In this document: positions 17,964 to 23,452 of the stretch, in pieces
How the letters are laid out: each line of letters opens with the position of its first letter
Position numbering within the stretch: position 1 is the first letter of the stretch
Assembly (NCBI GenBank): GCA_016839745.1
Contig: JAEOTS010000047.1
Span: 1 to 23,452 of the forward strand
Length of the DNA: 23,452 nt
Direction of reading: 5' to 3'
Source: Promethearchaeota archaeon
GTDB taxonomy: Archaea; Asgardarchaeota; Lokiarchaeia; Sigyniarchaeales; SOKP01
Translations under genes and position numbers: made by a program
Notes under the pieces: generated by a model
Told to the model about the DNA's origin: nothing
The model's input: the letters and a program-made list of their open reading frames with translations, nothing else
Database searches by the model: none

Positions 17964-17979
17964 ATGAATAATTATCCAT
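17964..17979. promoter_or_regulatory. putative operator palindrome ATGAATAATTATCCAT
   Basis: Near-perfect 16-bp palindrome about 47 nt upstream of the DUF5320 start. Confidence 0.5.
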
Positions 17980-18030
17980 TATTCATTACATCCTATGAAT
18001 CAAATATCAAACACAATATTTAAGTATTTT

Positions 18031-18042
18031 GAATAATTATTC
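18031..18042. promoter_or_regulatory. putative operator palindrome GAATAATTATTC
   Basis: Perfect 12-bp palindrome about 40 nt upstream of the nifX-like gene; the flank TAAATAAT is shared with the 11428 copy. Confidence 0.5.
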
Positions 18043-18083
18043 TAAATAATTACTTAAATCATATTATAATTAATAAAAAAGAT

Positions 18084-18500
18084 GTGATTAAAAAGTTGAA
18101 AATAGCAATCTGTACAGAAATGGGAAGCGTTTCGCAGCATTTTGGTCGGGCTCCAGATTTTACTTTTGTTTCAATAGAAGATAACCAAGTAGTTGATAAA
18201 AAAGTGTTGCCTAATCCTGGACACGAAGTAGGGAGCATACCAAGGTTCATTAACGATCAAGGAGCGAAGTGTATGATCGTGGGCGGAATAGGGCATAGAG
18301 CAATTGGTTTCTTTAACCAATACGGAATCGAAGTTATACAAGGTATTGTTGGTAATGTTGACGATGTTATTGCTAAGGTGTTAGACGGGACATTAGAAGG
18401 CGGTGAAAACATTTGTTCTCCTGGTGGAGGTAAAGGTTATGGCGTAGAAAAAATCCACACTGACGCAGACGATAATTACGATCACGATCATCATCATTAG
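18084..18500 (+). CDS. NifB/NifX (COG1433) family protein with His/Asp-rich tail
   Basis: HFGRA, PNPGH, VGGIGHRA, ENIC, HTDADDNYDHDHHH. Confidence 0.9.
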   Translation: MIKKLKIAICTEMGSVSQHFGRAPDFTFVSIEDNQVVDKKVLPNPGHEVGSIPRFINDQGAKCMIVGGIGHRAIGFFNQYGIEVIQGIVGNVDDVIAKVLDGTLEGGENICSPGGGKGYGVEKIHTDADDNYDHDHHH

Positions 18501-18581
18501 CTTTAACTGAATTGAATACCTTTTTGGACAATATTTTTTTATAGCAATTGAATCATAATCAAAATGAGCGTTTCATTATAA

Positions 18582-19031
18582 ATGCCTAAAGATAAATTTG
18601 ATGAGTATGTAGAAAATCTTCAAAAAATCATTTATGAAGAAGAAATTAAAGTATATAACGAGCGCATAGTTTCATTATATCACGATCCTAAAAACTGGGG
18701 TAAGCCTCCTGAAGATGAGATCACTATTTCTAAAACTTACGAGGGTCCCTGTGGTGACACCATGTCTTTCTTTTTAAAAATAAAGGATAAAATTATTGAG
18801 AAAGCCAATTTTCTTACTGACGGTTGTGGTGCTTCAGTGGCAGCAGGATGTCAAACCACTCTTCTTATTGAAAATAGATCCTTAGATGACGCTGAAAAAC
18901 TAAAACAAGAAGATATTGACGCTGCGTTAAACGGTTTGCCAGAAGATCACAAACATTGTGCTGAATTAGCGGTCACAACGTTAAAAAGAGCGATAGATGA
19001 TTATTACATATTAGAAAGTTTAAAAAAATAA
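18582..19031 (+). CDS. IscU/NifU N-terminal-type Fe-S scaffold protein
   Basis: PKNWG, GPCGD, DGCGAS, LNGLPEDHKHCAELA (three conserved Cys). Confidence 0.9.
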   Translation: MPKDKFDEYVENLQKIIYEEEIKVYNERIVSLYHDPKNWGKPPEDEITISKTYEGPCGDTMSFFLKIKDKIIEKANFLTDGCGASVAAGCQTTLLIENRSLDDAEKLKQEDIDAALNGLPEDHKHCAELAVTTLKRAIDDYYILESLKK

Positions 19032-19094
19032 AAGATAAAATCAAGAAATGCTGGATTTTGCTTACAAAATTGTGTTTATTAATAAAAAGAGAAA

Positions 19095-20027
19095 ATGAAA
19101 TACATATATGGACCTGTTCCTAGTAGACGATTAGGGAGGTCTTTAGGAATTGACCCTATTCCTTCAAAAACATGCGATTATCAGTGTATATATTGTCAAT
19201 TGGGAAAAACGACTAATTTTACTAGTGAGAGAAAAAATTTTTATCCCTTAGAAGAAATTTACGAAGAAATAGAACAGAGTATTAATAAAAATAAAGGGGA
19301 GTTTGATTACATAACCTTTGTAGGTAGTGGTGAACCTACCTTATGCAAAAGTTTAGGAAAACTGATTTTGAAAGCAAAGGAAATATCTAAAAAACCGATT
19401 TGTGTAATTACTAATGGTAGTTTATTATACCAAGACGATGTAAAGGATGATCTTATCTTTTCTGATGTTATTTTACCAACATTAGATGCGGGAGATGAAA
19501 AATTATTCATTAAAATAAATCGTCCTCATCCCTCCATAAAGTACGAAAAAATTATTCAAGGATACATTGATTTTCGGAAAGAATTTAGCGGTAAATTCTG
19601 GATAGAAATAATGGTAATGAAGGGAATTAACGATTCTAAGGAAGAGTTAATGAAGATCAAAGAGAAGATCGATTTAATAAAACCCGATAGAATTGATATT
19701 AATGTTCCAATAAGGCCTCCTACTGAAAGTTGGGTGAAAATTCCCGATCAGAACATAATACCCATTTTAAACGATGTTTTTGGAGAATATAATAATATAA
19801 ACTTTCCTGAACAAGGAACATTTAGTGTTTTTGGTTCTAATTTTGAAAAGGAATTAAAGACTTTACTTGAAAGGCATCCAATGAGACTAGAACAAATTAC
19901 TGAAACATTTAGTTCAAAAACGGTTAATGAGCAAGATTTATTAGATCAATTGAATACTCTAGCATCCCAGAATAAGATTAAAAAAGTAATTTACAATAAC
20001 CAGACTTTTTGGAAATTATCAAATTAA
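19095..20027 (+). CDS. radical SAM protein (COG0731-like, function unknown)
   Basis: YIYGPVPSRRLGRSLGID, CDYQCIYC, GSGEPTL, VITNGSL, INRP, RPP. Confidence 0.9.
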   Translation: MKYIYGPVPSRRLGRSLGIDPIPSKTCDYQCIYCQLGKTTNFTSERKNFYPLEEIYEEIEQSINKNKGEFDYITFVGSGEPTLCKSLGKLILKAKEISKKPICVITNGSLLYQDDVKDDLIFSDVILPTLDAGDEKLFIKINRPHPSIKYEKIIQGYIDFRKEFSGKFWIEIMVMKGINDSKEELMKIKEKIDLIKPDRIDINVPIRPPTESWVKIPDQNIIPILNDVFGEYNNINFPEQGTFSVFGSNFEKELKTLLERHPMRLEQITETFSSKTVNEQDLLDQLNTLASQNKIKKVIYNNQTFWKLSN

Positions 20028-20048
20028 CCAATAACTTAACTATTAGCT

Positions 20049-20540
20049 ATGCCAGTCTGTACGAAATGTAAAAAGGAAAAGGAGTTGGACCAACTTGATA
20101 AATTTGATAATCAATTCATCTGTTATTCTTGTTTATATCAGAATAATAAGCCGTTTAAGATTTTTCCAATCGGTTTTGTAGAAAATTTATTAGAGAGAGG
20201 GGAAGGATTTGGGTTGAAGGGGAGCAGAAACAATGTCTCTAAAATTCACCTTTTTGAATCTCAATTACCGTTTCTTTACAAATTAGAAGAAGACGATTGG
20301 ATTACGGTTGTCTATTACTTTCATAAACAAGGTAAGATTCGATCAACCTTTCCTCGAGGTATAGATGGTAAAAAAGTTGGTATTTTTGCTTCTCGAACTC
20401 CTAATCGATTATCTCGCATTGGTATTACTAATGTTAAATTAATCAAAATTAAAGACGCTACTTTATTCGTCAAGAATCTCGATGCGATTAATGGAACACC
20501 TGTTTTGGATATTAAACTAGGTTCTAAAACGAAATGGTAA
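20049..20540 (+). CDS. TrmO/TsaA (YaeB)-like SAM-binding protein with N-terminal CxxC-CxxC zinc finger
   Basis: PIGFV, VVYYFH, GIFASRTPNR...IG, LDAINGTPVLDIK; N-terminal CTKC...CYSC. Confidence 0.8.
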   Translation: MPVCTKCKKEKELDQLDKFDNQFICYSCLYQNNKPFKIFPIGFVENLLERGEGFGLKGSRNNVSKIHLFESQLPFLYKLEEDDWITVVYYFHKQGKIRSTFPRGIDGKKVGIFASRTPNRLSRIGITNVKLIKIKDATLFVKNLDAINGTPVLDIKLGSKTKW

Positions 20541-20594
20541 TTTAAATTTAAATGCATTATTATAAAAAAAGGAAAGTAATTATAATTTAAATTT

Positions 20595-21497
20595 CTATAA
20601 ACCTAATATTTTGGCAGCGTTATTTCCTAATATAGCAGTTTTCTCTTCTTCAGTAAACTCAGTAATACCCATAAGTCTTAACGGTGGGGGGATTTTTAAC
20701 TTTTTTATCGCTTTTACCCAATCTTGTTGTGATAAGATATGGGTAAAGAGGGGCCAATCTGAACCGAACAAGATTTTTTCGATTCCGCATGTCATTTTAG
20801 CTTGGTATAGAGTTTGCACGAACGCTGGTGGAGAAAATTTAAAAACTGGCTCCCAAGCAGATATGTCAATATAAACATTAGGGTTCTTTCCAGCTACAGC
20901 GAGCGCCTGGTTTGTGAAAGGATCTCCCATATGAGCCATAATGAAGTTAATATCAGGAAAATCTACCGCTATTGTGTCGACATAGATAGGCTGGCAATAC
21001 TTAAGATATGTATATTGCGGACCAAGTCCCGTGTGAACAAGAATTGGCACGTTCAATTCTTCAACTCGCTCATAAAAAGGATAAAATTTCTTATCATCGG
21101 GGTAAAAACCGGTTAAAGTCCAAAACTTCACCCCTCCAAACCCTAATTCTTCAACGCATCGTTCTAATTCCATAATCGCTTCTTTTCCTCTCCTAGGATC
21201 GATACCGGCAAATCCTATGAATTTGTCAGGATAATTTTTAAGAATATCCGCCACAAAATCATTATAAAATTTATATGATATAGTGCTTCTGAATAAGAAA
21301 TCCCCATCTAATCCTAATATTACCGTTTTATCAATTCCCGCTTCGTCCATTTCTCGCAATAATCTCTCAACGCTGCCATCAGAAATATATTTTGGATCAG
21401 GACACTTAAGTTTTTTAATCACGCCGTCTATTAATTTGGAAAAATCGCCATTAATTAGAGTTTCATCCCAAATATGACAATGAGCATCAATAATCAT
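20595..21497 (-). CDS. amidohydrolase-2 family metal-dependent hydrolase/decarboxylase
   Basis: IIDAHCH, GIDP, GVK, VHTG, MAHMG, NVYIDIS, FGSDWP, ILGNNA. Confidence 0.9.
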   Translation of the reverse strand: MIIDAHCHIWDETLINGDFSKLIDGVIKKLKCPDPKYISDGSVERLLREMDEAGIDKTVILGLDGDFLFRSTISYKFYNDFVADILKNYPDKFIGFAGIDPRRGKEAIMELERCVEELGFGGVKFWTLTGFYPDDKKFYPFYERVEELNVPILVHTGLGPQYTYLKYCQPIYVDTIAVDFPDINFIMAHMGDPFTNQALAVAGKNPNVYIDISAWEPVFKFSPPAFVQTLYQAKMTCGIEKILFGSDWPLFTHILSQQDWVKAIKKLKIPPPLRLMGITEFTEEEKTAILGNNAAKILGL

Positions 21498-21614
21498 TTT
21501 TCATTACTTCAATTTCGCTTATTTTTATTAGTAATTTAAAAATCAAAATATTATAAGGAACTATATTTCCATTCTTTTTTAATAGTTTCCTAGAAGTCAG
21601 AAATTTAACAAGAA

Positions 21615-22049
21615 TTATGTCTTATTTATAGATATAATTGGAATAATCGCGTTATTTGGACAATCTTTAAAGCATTTTAAGCAGTTCTTGCACTTATCCA
21701 TGGAGGTGTTGATAATTACGATATATTCTTGCTTGGTATCTGGGTCAATTTCAAGCTCAAATAAGTTTTGAAAACAAAAGTCTGATTCTAAACATTTCTT
21801 ACAGACGGTACATCTTTCTTTATCAATTTTAAAATTAATTAACTCTCCTTCCTCTAAAGAGATTACTACTATGGCGTTATGCTCGCAAACATCTACACAC
21901 TTTAGACATCCTTTACACTTATTATAATCGACATATCGGAATGTATCTCTAAAAAATATAGCTTTTGGGGGACATGAATACGAGCACTTTTCACAACGGA
22001 CACAAAATTGTGGGTTAATACTTATAGGAAACAATTTTTCTGATATCAT
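21615..22049 (-). CDS. polyferredoxin (four CxxCxxC motifs)
   Basis: CVRCEKCSYSCP, CKGCLKCVDVC, CTVCKKC..C, CKNCLKCFKDCP. Confidence 0.88.
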   Translation of the reverse strand: MISEKLFPISINPQFCVRCEKCSYSCPPKAIFFRDTFRYVDYNKCKGCLKCVDVCEHNAIVVISLEEGELINFKIDKERCTVCKKCLESDFCFQNLFELEIDPDTKQEYIVIINTSMDKCKNCLKCFKDCPNNAIIPIISINKT

Positions 22050-22069
22050 ATGGTTTCACTGTTATAATT

Positions 22070-23452
22070 CTAAATTGTACTTTCTGATCGGTCTATAATA
22101 TCGTTTTGAATTGGTAGTCCTAAATCAATAAATGTCGCGTTATATCCTCCCACTTTCACAATTAAATCGGTATAATTCTCAGGATGAATCTGGGCATCCT
22201 TTAATGTTTCGGTTGAGACTACATTTGGTTGAATCTGCATCCCACCTTTGTCAAAATATGTTGTTAACAAATGATAAAACTTTTCGATATTTTCTTGAGT
22301 ATTTAAGTTCTGGGGATGCAATCTTATATTAACTGCTACTCCATTCATTGAGTAGTTGTAATTTAATTTTGCAATTGAATTCAGAGTGGCGGTGATTCCG
22401 TTTTTTTCCACTCTATTCACGGGGGATAAACTATTTGAGATGGGTCTTCCAGCTTTTCTACCGTCAGCGGTAGGTTGAGTTAACATCCCCTCCATTACAT
22501 GGATGCCCATTGAGTAAGCTCCTGCATTGTACTTTCCTCCTCTTAAAGGTTGATACTTGCTCACTTCATTCGTAAATAGATCCCATAATTCATTAGCAAA
22601 AGAGTCAATTTCAGTCTCATCATTCCCCCACTTTTCGTAATTATTAATTAATTTTTGGCGATAGACTTCATTCTCTTCAAAGTTTGAGTTGATAATCTGT
22701 ATAAAATCTGGTAAACTCATGAGTTTTTCGTCGTATACGACTTTTTTAATGTTATACATAGAATCGACTAAAGTAGCAAATCCATAAGCAGTTATCGAAG
22801 AAAAGTTATATTTAGCGCCCCCACCCACGTAATCCTTTCCGCTTTCCAAGCAACCTTCAAGTGTAGCAGAGACAAACGGGTGTTGAAAATAGTTCATGAC
22901 TTCTCTATCTCCTACTTCGGCGATTTTAACACTTTTTTCAATGTTAAATTTGAGTTGACGAGTAAACGCGTGGTAAAATTGATCGTATGTAGCAAAATCT
23001 TCCGGAATTCCAGTCTGTAACCCATCAATATTTTCAGAAAAGTTGCTATACCCATTATTCAAAGTTAATTCCAGCACACCGGGTAAGTTCATAAACATTC
23101 TGCCTGTAGCCGAAAAGCTATTTCCTTGTCCTGTGGGTTCCACACAACCGATTATGACATAATGACGTGCATCTTCTATTGAATAACCTGTATCGTGAAG
23201 AGCCGGAATGATAATTTCGTCGTTGTAAAACGCTATACCTGAAGTGTGCTTAAAGACTTTAATAGCATCCTCGAAAAATTGTTTAGGGGTGTTTTTATGA
23301 ATTCGTACAGAAAGATCAGTTGTAAGCACTTTCACATTTTTATACGCTTCAAGAAAAAGAAAAGATAACTCGTTAGTTGCGTCGTTACCCTCTGAATCCA
23401 CCCCTCCTATTGTAATTGTCTGTGTGTTCTGACCGAGAGCGTTGGCTACTAA
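22070..23452 (-). CDS. glycyl radical enzyme (PFL2/dehydratase-like family), C-terminal part; runs off window end
   Basis: The frame is open to 23452 (..QNTQTITIGGVDSEG); NELS, GCVEP Cys loop, KWGND, TADGR, QIQPNV, DAQIHPENY, VKVGGY Gly loop, QNDIIDR. Confidence 0.92.
   Translation of the reverse strand, partial: LVANALGQNTQTITIGGVDSEGNDATNELSFLFLEAYKNVKVLTTDLSVRIHKNTPKQFFEDAIKVFKHTSGIAFYNDEIIIPALHDTGYSIEDARHYVIIGCVEPTGQGNSFSATGRMFMNLPGVLELTLNNGYSNFSENIDGLQTGIPEDFATYDQFYHAFTRQLKFNIEKSVKIAEVGDREVMNYFQHPFVSATLEGCLESGKDYVGGGAKYNFSSITAYGFATLVDSMYNIKKVVYDEKLMSLPDFIQIINSNFEENEVYRQKLINNYEKWGNDETEIDSFANELWDLFTNEVSKYQPLRGGKYNAGAYSMGIHVMEGMLTQPTADGRKAGRPISNSLSPVNRVEKNGITATLNSIAKLNYNYSMNGVAVNIRLHPQNLNTQENIEKFYHLLTTYFDKGGMQIQPNVVSTETLKDAQIHPENYTDLIVKVGGYNATFIDLGLPIQNDIIDRSESTI

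Noticed and set aside
19095-20027. Radical SAM protein as activase of the glycyl radical enzyme
   Set aside because: It is on the opposite strand in a different unit, and its N-terminal motif is not of the GRE-activase type.
1274-22332. Numerous 60-120 aa ORFs nested in or antisense to the recognised genes (e.g. 1274-1513, 3703-4035, 12234-12596, 20814-21116)
   Set aside because: Shadow frames of well-supported genes with no independent motifs.
22070-23452. Choline TMA-lyase (CutC) feeding the MttB, or true pyruvate formate-lyase
   Set aside because: The sequence after GCVEP does not resemble CutC, there is no Cys-Cys pair as in PFL, and the MttB lacks Pyl.

Overview
AT-rich prokaryotic window, most likely from an anaerobic Asgard archaeon (Lokiarchaeia-like). 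This is inferred from the Fwd subunits, a longin-like protein, TATA-like promoters and oligo-T terminators; it is not proven. From left to right: a partial hypothetical gene; a 40-codon alpha/beta-hydrolase remnant; a minus-strand fwdG-like/fwdB/fwdD/fwdA operon that lacks fwdC here and whose catalytic residues are substituted (FwdB His->Gln and Arg->Gly; FwdA Asp->Asn); and a non-pyrrolysine MttB methyltransferase / PIG-L deacetylase / GPH transporter unit. Next is a ~11 kb 'Orange protein (ORP)-like' metal/Fe-S locus: two ferredoxin-inserted MinD-type ATPases, four NifB/NifX paralogues, Mrp/Nbp35, DUF5320, a DtxR-like regulator, an unannotated 50-aa MobB C-terminal-like protein, IscU-like, radical SAM and Zn-finger TrmO-like genes, with a recurring GAATAATTATTC palindrome upstream of its units. 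It is interrupted by longin-like, DUF89 and MFS genes. The window ends with amidohydrolase, polyferredoxin and a glycyl radical enzyme with an unusual KVGGY loop. No RNA genes, CRISPR arrays or mobile elements were seen.
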